The notes under the pieces: generated by a model
The model's input: only the letters and a program-made list of their open reading frames with translations
The model's database searches: none
Told to the model about the DNA's origin: nothing
Made by a program: the position numbers and the translations under genes
Shown: positions 21,570 through 30,059 of the stretch, in pieces
Numbering within the stretch: position 1 is the stretch's first letter
How the letters are laid out: each line of letters opens with the position of its first letter
From: an uncultured Bacteroidota bacterium
GTDB lineage: Bacteria; Bacteroidota; Bacteroidia; Cytophagales; Cyclobacteriaceae
Length of the DNA: 64,000 nucleotides
NCBI GenBank assembly: GCA_963714945.1
Contig: CAVQQL010000025.1
Location: forward strand, 21,188 to 85,187
Direction of reading: 5' to 3'

Positions 21570-21802
21570 TAGTTGAGGATTGAAATGGCCGCAGCTTCTT
21601 CCAGTCGAAGTGAAAGTTCATAACCAGAAACACTAATGCAGATAGGATCTCCAAGGGGTGCCGTAAAATTAAACCTGACAGCAGAGCCAGGAAGACATCC
21701 CATTTCCATGAGCTTGAGGGATAAATGATCATCCGTAAAGCCCGCAACAATACCCACCTCGCCTGGTTTCATCTCCGCCACATTCTTGTTGCCTACGGCC
21801 AT
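21569..21802 (-). CDS. feoA: Ferrous iron transport protein A
   Basis: KLMEMGCLPG, APLGDPI, LSLRLEEA; overlaps the feoB start (TAATG). Confidence 0.95.
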   Translation of the reverse strand: MAVGNKNVAEMKPGEVGIVAGFTDDHLSLKLMEMGCLPGSAVRFNFTAPLGDPICISVSGYELSLRLEEAAAISILN

Positions 21803-21807
21803 TACAT

Positions 21808-21830
21808 TTATTTAGATTAAATTTAAACAA
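21808..21830. promoter_or_regulatory. Fur-box-like imperfect palindrome (TTATTTAGATTAAATTTAAACAA) before feoA
   Basis: 23-bp near-palindrome between the minus-strand -7 element TATATTTG (21833-21840) and the feoA ATG. Confidence 0.7.
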
Positions 21831-22117
21831 GGCAAATATATAGGCGGTTCCCCGCCCATGCAATGATTTAACTCACTTTTGGACTGTCGAGCCTAAGCTT
21901 TCAGATCTCGATCGCAAATGATGCATTTAAAGGCCCCGATATTGATATTTGGGCCGAACAGTGGCCGCCAATTTGTATTTATACATCCTGCTGACGATAA
22001 TCGTGCCCCTTGAGCAATCGCTGATGCAACATAATTTGGAAACAGAATAAAGGTAATGCCAAGCGCCGCAACTGGCGCTAATTTCAAAATTGGCCTGAGT
22101 TGAGGATCGTTACGTTC

Positions 22118-22939
22118 TTATTCCTGCGGGCTGTATTCAAACTTGTAAACGGAGTACCCCATAAAAAACCGACGAAAAAGCACGTTGACAAAGAATTTCG
22201 GGAGATTATTTAAACCAAACTTTCTTGCCGTAATAACATTCGATTGCACATCCAGCAATTTGTATCCGTAACTTTTTATTAGTCGAGCAGGATAACGAAT
22301 CATGTCGTTGAAATGAGCGCCACTTTTGGACAACTTATTATGCAATGGTTTGCCGTTAACCATGCGGTTGAAGAAACTTTTTGTCATCAAATCGCACAAA
22401 AGTACATGCTTACCAAGCGTACGGGTGAGGGTATTAAACAATTCTGTTTTTTGCTCAGCGGTGAGGTACATGATCACGCCTTCAATGATTATGATCAACG
22501 GGGTCAGGCTTGAGAACTGTGCAATTTTATCTTCTAGTTTTTCCGTTTCAAAATCGATAGAAATTCTTTTCAGTCGATTCCTGCAAGTGGAACTTGGTAG
22601 TACCTGATCTTTGTACTCAATAATCGATGGCTCGTCAAATTCTATCCAATTGCCACCAGTCAAACGGAATGCACGACTGTCCAAACCGGCACCAACGAGT
22701 ATTACGGTTGTCTCCGGATTTTGCAAGAACGTGCTTTTCAAATGTTGATCGATAATGTAACATCGTGCAAGATTAGAACCATTTGGAAGTGTTAAGGACT
22801 TGAAGCCGTCCCAGTAAGCTAATCCTTCTGCGCCAAGCAAACGCTCGGCATAGGTATCAGCGATGAGGGGGTTTGCTGATTTGGCATCCATCATGCGGAC
22901 GCCACCGCAATAGTAGGCAGTCTTGGAAACGGGTTTCAA
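22118..22939 (-). CDS. Class I SAM-dependent methyltransferase (LCM/TcmP-like)
   Basis: VSKTA..R, VGAGLDSRAFRL, EFDEP, IIIEGVIMYL; TTG start. Confidence 0.88.
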   Translation of the reverse strand: MKPVSKTAYYCGGVRMMDAKSANPLIADTYAERLLGAEGLAYWDGFKSLTLPNGSNLARCYIIDQHLKSTFLQNPETTVILVGAGLDSRAFRLTGGNWIEFDEPSIIEYKDQVLPSSTCRNRLKRISIDFETEKLEDKIAQFSSLTPLIIIIEGVIMYLTAEQKTELFNTLTRTLGKHVLLCDLMTKSFFNRMVNGKPLHNKLSKSGAHFNDMIRYPARLIKSYGYKLLDVQSNVITARKFGLNNLPKFFVNVLFRRFFMGYSVYKFEYSPQE

Positions 22940-23093
22940 TTAGTTAGATATTAAGGCGGAAGTATAAGTGAGGTTAATATCGAACTTTGCTTTTTGGAAT
23001 GCAAATCAAAAGGTAGGTTTGCAGGAAGAATTGTATTTCCATGCAGCATCACGATACGACACCGTATACCCTAGGAAAACACTGACAATATGT

Positions 23094-23256
23094 ATGAAAA
23101 AACGCCCAAGGAAAAAGCGAACTAGCAACAGTAAGAAAATAACAGACCAACAACCTGAACCTCAAACCGGAGGAAATTCAATATGATATTGAAAAACCTT
23201 TTGATTTCGGAGGGCTTGCTGAACGCGATTTAAAAAAGAATTTAGGGTGTGGGTAA
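23094..23256 (+). CDS. Small protein (~53 aa) ending DFGGLAERDLKKNLGCG; needs a +1 frameshift near 23143-23163
   Basis: The ATG 23094 frame (MKKRPRKK..QQPEP) and the +1 frame (KPEEIQYDIEKPFDFGGLAERDLKKNLGCG, TAA 23254-23256) join; not shown in the ORF track. Confidence 0.55.
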
Positions 23257-23292
23257 CAGCATTGAAGAGACCTGTTGCTTGTTTTTCAGGGA

Positions 23293-25731
23293 TTAAATTC
23301 CATCGGAAATAAAAACACGCTTAACGCGTTCACTGGTATTGGTGAGAATCTCATAGGGGATGGTATTTATTTTTTCTGCCAGTGCCTGAATTGGGAACTC
23401 TTTTCCAAAAAGAATCACCTCATCTCCCTCGTTTGCTTCGATCCCCGTTATATCGATAATGGTCATATCCATGCAGACGTTACCGATAACTTTTGCTCGC
23501 TTTCCATTTATTAACACCTCTCCAACGCCAGCGCTGAATGCCCTACTATACCCGTCTGCATAGCCGATAGCGATGATTGCGATGCGGGAATCTCTCTCGG
23601 CCATGCCTTTCCTGCCGTAGCCGACGCTCTGCCCCTTCTTTATTCGTTTTGTTTGCGATATCAGGGTCTTTAACGTTGCTACCGGTCTAAGCGGATGTTG
23701 ACCATCACCGGTGGGATCAACGCCATATAGGCCAATGCCCAATCGCACCATATCCAACTGCATTTCAGGTAATCGGAGAATTCCTGAAGAATTAATAATG
23801 TGATACAACGGCTTATAACCTAATCCACGTGAAATCTGATCGGCCGCCACGATAAAAATGCTGTGCTGCTTTTTTGAGAAGATATCGTGTCTCGCATCGT
23901 CAGCTCCCGCAAGGTGACTAAAGATTGATGCCACCTCAATATTTGTATTCGCACTAAGAAGACTAATTACTTCGCGTATGTCGTCGACATCGAATCCCAG
24001 CCTGTGCATACCGGTATCAAGCTTAATATGAATCTTACAAGATCGTCCCCCAAGAAAATTTATTAATGAATGTAAGATGCTAAGGCTATAAATCTCCGGT
24101 TCAAGATTATAGACAATGATGGCGTCAAAACTCTCATTGGATGGGTTCATCACCATAATGGGCAGTGCGATATTGTTCTTCCTTAGTTCAATCCCCTCGT
24201 CAGCATAGGCAACACCGAGATAGTCAATCTTATGATATTGCAGAATATTCGCGATTTCTGTACTTCCACTTCCATAGGCGAATGCCTTGACCATTACCAT
24301 GACCTTGGTGGTGGACTTCAGGTTTGATTTGAAAAAATTCAGATTGTATACAAGTGCATTCAGGTCAATTTCCATTACTGTTCCATGGACTTTTCGTTGC
24401 AGACGGAGAATTATTTTTTCAAACCCATACACTCTGGCGCCTTTTACAAGAATGATTTCGTGTTGAAGCTGACCTAAATCGAATTGATCTAGAAAGGCTT
24501 CAGTTGTTGGATAGAAGATAGAATTAGGCGCGAAGAAATGTTGAAACCTGCATAGGACAGGTCCGATGCCAACAAAATTTTGAATATTATTTTGGTTCAC
24601 AAGGGAGGCAATTCTTTCGGCAAGTTTTTCGTCGCTTAATCCCGATTCTAAAATGTCTGAGAGAATAAGCCGTTTATGTTTTTTTTGGCGTTGGTTGGCC
24701 AAGAACTGAAGCGCAATTTCCAACCCGCCAAGGTCATTGTTGTAAGTATCGTCAATGACCTGACAATGATTGATACTTTCCTTCAATTCCATCCGCATCG
24801 GAACAGCCCGCAATCCATCGACGCGATTTTGGATCTCGATGAAGCCATAGCCCATATACAGCATCGTGGCGATGCAATGGAGACAGTTTTCACGAGAGGC
24901 GTGATCCTGAAAAGGTAGATTGAGTGAATAGCATTGCTTCTTGTATTGCAGCGTGCAGATACTACCTTCGAATGAAATCTGAATTGCCGCCAACGGGTTT
25001 AGTCCCCAAGAAAGCGCATTCATGCGAGCTTGGGCAATAATTGTGTGTATGGGTTCATGGTCACGGCAATAGATGACAACCTCAGCATCTTCAAATAATT
25101 TGAGCTTCTCACTAATTTTCTGGGCTGCATTTTTGAACCCTTCATTGTGGGCTGTTCCAATGTTGGTAAAAATGCCCATTGTGGGCTGCATTACCGCGCT
25201 GAGTTTAGCCATTTCACCAGGCTTTGAGATTCCAGCTTCAAAAATTCCCAGCGAATGGTATGACTGTATTTGCCAGACAGATAACGGGACGCCTATTTGC
25301 GAATTGTAACTGCCAGGATTCTTAACAACAACCCTGTCTTTTGATAGCATTTGATACAACCATTCTTTAACGATCGTCTTCCCGTTACTGCCAGTAATCC
25401 CAACTATCGGAATGTTGAATTGTCTACGATGGAAACCGGCTATCCGTTGCAGGGCTGCGACGCAGGATTCAACCTTAATAAAGTTGGCATCGGGATAAGA
25501 ATTTAAGTTCTTCAACGACTCCTCGACGACAAAGTGACGAACACCGGAATCGTACAGATCACCAATATATTTATGGCCGTCATGTCGTTCGCCTTTGATG
25601 GCAAAGAAAAGTGTACCTGGGGACGCCAAGGCTTTCCGACTGTCGATACACAGCGCGCTGATCAGATCATCTTTTATTATTTGAAGAATAATTCCGCCGG
25701 CAATTTTTTCCAGTTGTGTGAAGTGGATCAT
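23293..25731 (-). CDS. alr: Bifunctional MurF-like / alanine racemase
   Basis: N-term IDSRK, DGH, GITGSNGKT, SYNSQIGVP; C-term VMVKAFAYGSG (PLP Lys), HIKLDTGMHRLG, IGYADG, GNVCMD, TIPYE. Confidence 0.95.
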   Translation of the reverse strand: MIHFTQLEKIAGGIILQIIKDDLISALCIDSRKALASPGTLFFAIKGERHDGHKYIGDLYDSGVRHFVVEESLKNLNSYPDANFIKVESCVAALQRIAGFHRRQFNIPIVGITGSNGKTIVKEWLYQMLSKDRVVVKNPGSYNSQIGVPLSVWQIQSYHSLGIFEAGISKPGEMAKLSAVMQPTMGIFTNIGTAHNEGFKNAAQKISEKLKLFEDAEVVIYCRDHEPIHTIIAQARMNALSWGLNPLAAIQISFEGSICTLQYKKQCYSLNLPFQDHASRENCLHCIATMLYMGYGFIEIQNRVDGLRAVPMRMELKESINHCQVIDDTYNNDLGGLEIALQFLANQRQKKHKRLILSDILESGLSDEKLAERIASLVNQNNIQNFVGIGPVLCRFQHFFAPNSIFYPTTEAFLDQFDLGQLQHEIILVKGARVYGFEKIILRLQRKVHGTVMEIDLNALVYNLNFFKSNLKSTTKVMVMVKAFAYGSGSTEIANILQYHKIDYLGVAYADEGIELRKNNIALPIMVMNPSNESFDAIIVYNLEPEIYSLSILHSLINFLGGRSCKIHIKLDTGMHRLGFDVDDIREVISLLSANTNIEVASIFSHLAGADDARHDIFSKKQHSIFIVAADQISRGLGYKPLYHIINSSGILRLPEMQLDMVRLGIGLYGVDPTGDGQHPLRPVATLKTLISQTKRIKKGQSVGYGRKGMAERDSRIAIIAIGYADGYSRAFSAGVGEVLINGKRAKVIGNVCMDMTIIDITGIEANEGDEVILFGKEFPIQALAEKINTIPYEILTNTSERVKRVFISDGI

Positions 25732-25733
25732 AC

Positions 25734-26072
25734 TTAGAAGAGGCGCGCTCCATTGGGTACTTTCTTATCAACGCTGCTCAAAACAACATTTTTTTCTTCG
25801 TCTGCGAAACCTGTAACCAATACTTCTGAAAGAAAGTTGGCGATTTGCCTTGGTGGAAAATTCGCCACACAAAGAACCTGCTTGCCGATCAGTTGGTCAA
25901 GCTTGTAGTGAACCGTAATCTGAGCAGAAGACTTTTTGATGCCAAGCACTCCCAGATCTAACCACAGTCTGTAGGATGGTTTCTTTGCCTCTGGGAAGGC
26001 CTTGGCGTCAATAATTGTTCCGACCCTGAGGTCGACTTTCTCAAAATCTTCCCAAGTTATGGTAGTCATCAT
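25734..26072 (-). CDS. tRNA-binding OB-fold protein (CsaA/Trbp111-like)
   Basis: DFEKVDLRVGTI, KKSSAQIT, NFPPRQIA..SEVL..G, VPNG. Confidence 0.9.
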   Translation of the reverse strand: MMTTITWEDFEKVDLRVGTIIDAKAFPEAKKPSYRLWLDLGVLGIKKSSAQITVHYKLDQLIGKQVLCVANFPPRQIANFLSEVLVTGFADEEKNVVLSSVDKKVPNGARLF

Positions 26073-26236
26073 AAGCAGGTTTTGCCGTGAAATCTACAAA
26101 ATACCAGAATAGTCGATTGCTTAGCCAAATTCTATTCGGTCTGTATGCAAAGAAATACTAATGATGATTTAATTTTGTACTTTTGTGAAACAAAAAAAGA
26201 AAATTTTGCGCTAAGGCACTTTTGCCTTATTTATCT

Positions 26237-26614
26237 ATGAAGATTAAGCTTCATCACGGATTGTTAATTCTTTGTCTGGCGAATTTTTGTCCAGCAGGAA
26301 TTTATTGTGCGCAGGCCCAGGAGGGGAGTTATTCAATCCCTGATTCTTATGAAGAGGCGGAGGCGGAAAGAGATCGGGTAATATACTCGCCTGGCGAAAC
26401 GGAGCCACTTGCAAACAGCAAGGTTCAAGTTTCCGTGACGCGAGATTCTGCCGTCGCGAGGCCGGCAGGCGCACTTTCTGACCAGGCCAGTGGAGAAAGT
26501 CAAAAGAATTCCTCAAAATCACCGGCATCTTCCCAAGACGACGATTCTTTGCTTTCCTTTAACTTCCTTTATTACCTATTCGAAAAATACAAACTACAGG
26601 ACATTGTCGACTAG
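26237..26614 (+). CDS. Hypothetical secreted protein
   Basis: Signal peptide, Ser/Ala-rich linker, amphipathic C-term DDSLLSFNFLYYLFEKYK. Confidence 0.6.
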   Translation: MKIKLHHGLLILCLANFCPAGIYCAQAQEGSYSIPDSYEEAEAERDRVIYSPGETEPLANSKVQVSVTRDSAVARPAGALSDQASGESQKNSSKSPASSQDDDSLLSFNFLYYLFEKYKLQDIVD

Positions 26615-26704
26615 CTGTGCGCACAGCTACGTCATGGGCAAGTCTCCCGGGCCGAATGGGCACGCCAAATAACAAATTTTTGCATCATTTCCTGGATGTG
26701 ATCT

Positions 26705-26712
26705 TATCTTTG
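26705..26712 (+). promoter_or_regulatory. -7 element (TATCTTTG) for the TonB-dependent receptor
   Basis: TAnnTTTG match 16 nt upstream of ATG 26729. Confidence 0.6.
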
Positions 26713-26728
26713 CAGTCGTCCCGAGTAT

Positions 26729-29161
26729 ATGAGATTCAAAGATCAGGTATCCACTTTCTTTCTTCTTTTGATCAGCGTTACTGCGATTGCCCAACAGGCA
26801 CTCACGGGAAAAATATCAGATGCTGATGACCATACAGCAATACCGGGGGCTACCGTGTATTTTCCGGACTTGAAGAAAGGAACCGTGTCAGATCAGGACG
26901 GGGTATATTATATTGACCAACTTCCTATGGGGAAGTTCCTGGTTCAATTCGAGTTCGTAGGTTATGCGCCGGAGGTCCGTACGCTCGAAATCGTTGGTGT
27001 CACTACCTATGATATTGAAATGAGTGCAAAGGCGACGGAGTTAAATGAAGTCGTAATTACGGGAATTAGCCAGTCGACTGAATTGAAAAGAAACCCCATT
27101 CCGATCGCCACCATGAGCACGGCGTCATTGGTTACCAATACGGCAACAAATATCATTGATAACATTTCCAAAATTGCAGGAATAAGCCAGATTACCACTG
27201 GTGCAGCCATTTCCAAGCCTGTCATTCGGGGACTCAGCTTCAATAGAATTATTACGCTGTACGACGGCATAAGGCAGGAAGGACAACAATGGGGAGATGA
27301 GCACGGAATTGAAATCGACGAATTTTCAGTCGAGCGTGTTGAGATAGTGAAAGGAGCTGGCAGTTTAATGTATGGGAGCGATGGTATCGCCGGGGTCATT
27401 AATTTCCTGGCGCCGGACCCGGTGGCGGAGGGGACAATTAATGGCAAATGGATAAGCAATTACCAAACAAATAACGGGTTATTTGCAAATTCCGTAAACA
27501 ATGCCGGGAACATTAAGGGTATTTATTGGTTGGTTCGCGCTTCGAACAAGAACGCGAGGCCTTATGCCAATAAGTATGATGGTAAGGTATTTAATTCCGG
27601 ATTCAAAGAAACGGACATCAGTGGGTTCATCGGGATTAATCGTTCGTGGGGATATTCTCAACTTAGTATTAGTTCCTTTAGCCAATCCGTTGGGATTGTT
27701 GAAGGCGATCGGGATGAAGATGGCAATTTTGTTTATCAGCAAAACAACAATGGTGTTGCTGAAGAAGTCACCGCATCGGCAGCTGACCTTAAATCTTATA
27801 ATCTTTTTATTCCCCGCCAATCAATAGACCACCAACGCATAGCCAGTACAAGCAATCTTCATCTTGGGTTATCAAGAGTTCAGGTTAATATGTCGTATCA
27901 AAACAACAAGCGAAAAGAATTTGGGAATGTCCTTGATGAAAAAGAAACGAACCTTTTTTTTGATCTGACAACGTTGAACTATAATGTAAATCTGTTTTTG
28001 CCTGAAAAATCAGAGCGGCAGATTTCTTTTGGTACCAGTGGGATGAAGCAAATGAATCAAAATAGAGGAAGGGAGTTCCTGATTCCTGAATACCATTCTT
28101 TCGACTGGGGAATCTATGGATTTGTCAAGCAAAATATCAACGCAATAAATTTATCTGGTGGTATCCGGTTTGATCAGCGGTTGATTCATGCGGATCCGCT
28201 CTACCTGGATCCGGAAGGAAATCCGGTAGCGCCAGGGAGCGGCACTCAGAAATTTCAAACGCTAAAGGCAAATTTCTCCAACGTTACGGGAAGTCTTGGT
28301 GTATCACAAAAACTGACGAAGCAATTGACAGCCAAAGTCAATCTATCAAGAGGATTCAGAGCACCAAACTTAGCAGAGCTGGCTTCGAATGGTAACCATG
28401 AAGGGTCATTTCGCTATGAGTATGGCAATAGTAATTTGAAGGCTGAGAATTCGTTTCAAATGGATGCTGGTATTATTCTGCACACCGATCATATTACGAG
28501 CGAAGTATCCCTATTCTATAACGACATTAATCATTACATATACGTTGAAAAATTGTTAGCCAGTGACGGAAGCGACAGTATCCCCAATCCAATGGAGCCT
28601 GCTATCGCTTACCAGTATATCCAGGGCCACGCAGTGCTCAATGGCGGAGAATTCCTGCTCGATATTCATCCCCACCCCTTCGACTGGCTTCACTTTGAAA
28701 ACTCTTTTTCATTTGTAAATGCAAGGAACAAGAGTGACAACGTTAACGAGCGTTCGAAATACTTGCCCTTCACGCCGCCAGCACGGTACCAAAGTGAGTT
28801 GCGGGCGAATATTATGAAGGTGGGAAATTTCCTCTCTAATGTGTTTGTTAAGCTCGAGTACGGCCACTATTGGAGCCAAGACCGTGCATTTCTTGAAAAC
28901 GGAACAGAAACCGTCACGCCGTCCTATTCGCTTTGGAATGCAGGATTGGGGACCAACGTGGTTTCTCGAAAGGACCAAATCCTGTTTTCCTTTTATTTTA
29001 CGGTCACAAACCTATTTGACAAAGCCTACCAAAATCATTTGAGCAGGCTGAAGTATGCACCAGAAAATCCGAGTTCTGGTAGAACGGGTGTATTCAATAT
29101 GGGGCGCAATGTCAGTTTCAAAATTGTCATTCCCTTTACATTTTACACACAACCGCGATAG
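26729..29161 (+). CDS. TonB-dependent receptor
   Basis: CarboxypepD-like N-domain, LNEVVIT, plug (SKPVIRGL, QQWGDEHG, VEIVKGAGSLMYG), FRAPNLAEL, NLFDKAYQNHLSRLK, GRN. Confidence 0.95.
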   Translation: MRFKDQVSTFFLLLISVTAIAQQALTGKISDADDHTAIPGATVYFPDLKKGTVSDQDGVYYIDQLPMGKFLVQFEFVGYAPEVRTLEIVGVTTYDIEMSAKATELNEVVITGISQSTELKRNPIPIATMSTASLVTNTATNIIDNISKIAGISQITTGAAISKPVIRGLSFNRIITLYDGIRQEGQQWGDEHGIEIDEFSVERVEIVKGAGSLMYGSDGIAGVINFLAPDPVAEGTINGKWISNYQTNNGLFANSVNNAGNIKGIYWLVRASNKNARPYANKYDGKVFNSGFKETDISGFIGINRSWGYSQLSISSFSQSVGIVEGDRDEDGNFVYQQNNNGVAEEVTASAADLKSYNLFIPRQSIDHQRIASTSNLHLGLSRVQVNMSYQNNKRKEFGNVLDEKETNLFFDLTTLNYNVNLFLPEKSERQISFGTSGMKQMNQNRGREFLIPEYHSFDWGIYGFVKQNINAINLSGGIRFDQRLIHADPLYLDPEGNPVAPGSGTQKFQTLKANFSNVTGSLGVSQKLTKQLTAKVNLSRGFRAPNLAELASNGNHEGSFRYEYGNSNLKAENSFQMDAGIILHTDHITSEVSLFYNDINHYIYVEKLLASDGSDSIPNPMEPAIAYQYIQGHAVLNGGEFLLDIHPHPFDWLHFENSFSFVNARNKSDNVNERSKYLPFTPPARYQSELRANIMKVGNFLSNVFVKLEYGHYWSQDRAFLENGTETVTPSYSLWNAGLGTNVVSRKDQILFSFYFTVTNLFDKAYQNHLSRLKYAPENPSSGRTGVFNMGRNVSFKIVIPFTFYTQPR

Positions 29162-29162
29162 C

Positions 29163-29906
29163 CTACGACTCTTTCTTCACCAAGAATTGTTCAAGTTCGT
29201 CTAATTTCAATATGCCTTCATAGTAGGCCTTTCCGAAGATAACGCCGAAAATGCCCATGTCGTTTAGTCGCTTGATATCGTCAACACCCCGTATTCCTCC
29301 GCTGGACAATATGCATATCTCAGGGAATGCGTCTAGTATTTTCTGATAAAAGTCAAATGCAGGTCCTTCCAGTACGCCATCTCTTGAAACATCCGTAGAC
29401 TTAACATACTTGAGTCCGCGCGAATAAAAATATTCCAGGTGCTCAAACAGCGTTAATTCTGATTTTGCTCTCCATCCTCGGTAGAGCAACTCCATGGTGT
29501 CCTTATTTACAACATCGGCGCCCAATGTCATTTTCTCGCGGCCATAGGAAACAATCCAGGAGGCAAAAAGATCCGGATTGGTAACAGCAATACTTGCCGC
29601 AGTAATATAGGATGCGCCAAATTCAAAGGCCTTACTAATGTCTCCGTCGGTTGAGATTCCCCCTGTGAAATCCACCTTGAGGTCTGTGTAACCCGCAATG
29701 GCCTCGAGTGCAAACCAGTTCACCGGGGTGCCCTTTGTGGCGCCGTCTAAATCGACCAGGTGCACAACTTCAATACCATGATCTTCGAACCGTTTAGCCA
29801 GATCAAGCGGATTTTCATCGTACGCTTTTTCACTTGACGGATCTCCTTTGCGCATTTTTACTACCTTACCGTTTCGGATGGCAATTGAAGGAATTACTTG
29901 TATCAT
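29163..29906 (-). CDS. hisA: HisA-family (ProFAR isomerase-like) TIM-barrel protein, divergent paralogue
   Basis: HLVDLDGA, LGADV, TDVSRDGVLEGP and SGGI motifs present, but IPSIAI replaces IPAID and TGGIS replaces GGGIR. Confidence 0.75.
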   Translation of the reverse strand: MIQVIPSIAIRNGKVVKMRKGDPSSEKAYDENPLDLAKRFEDHGIEVVHLVDLDGATKGTPVNWFALEAIAGYTDLKVDFTGGISTDGDISKAFEFGASYITAASIAVTNPDLFASWIVSYGREKMTLGADVVNKDTMELLYRGWRAKSELTLFEHLEYFYSRGLKYVKSTDVSRDGVLEGPAFDFYQKILDAFPEICILSSGGIRGVDDIKRLNDMGIFGVIFGKAYYEGILKLDELEQFLVKKES

Positions 29907-30059
29907 TTAGTGCCGTTAAACATCTTATCAACCAGCGAAGTTACACTGCAAAGCCGAAAAACCTTTTCAGCTTGAAAAAAATCTAAAAATATTTAGTGGC
30001 GCCACATTTGCATTAGTGCTTGGGAAAGAATTAGTTAATTTAGTCTAAGACCTATTTGT

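Noticed and set aside
21893-22087. 64-aa ORF between the methyltransferase and feoA
   Set aside because: TTG start and no motif or other support; treated as intergenic.
22968-23186. 72-aa ORF from the track
   Set aside because: Probably a chimera of non-coding sequence and the N-terminal half of the frameshifted small protein at 23094-23256.
23293-25731. MurF-Alr fusion as a novelty
   Set aside because: This fusion is common in Bacteroidota.
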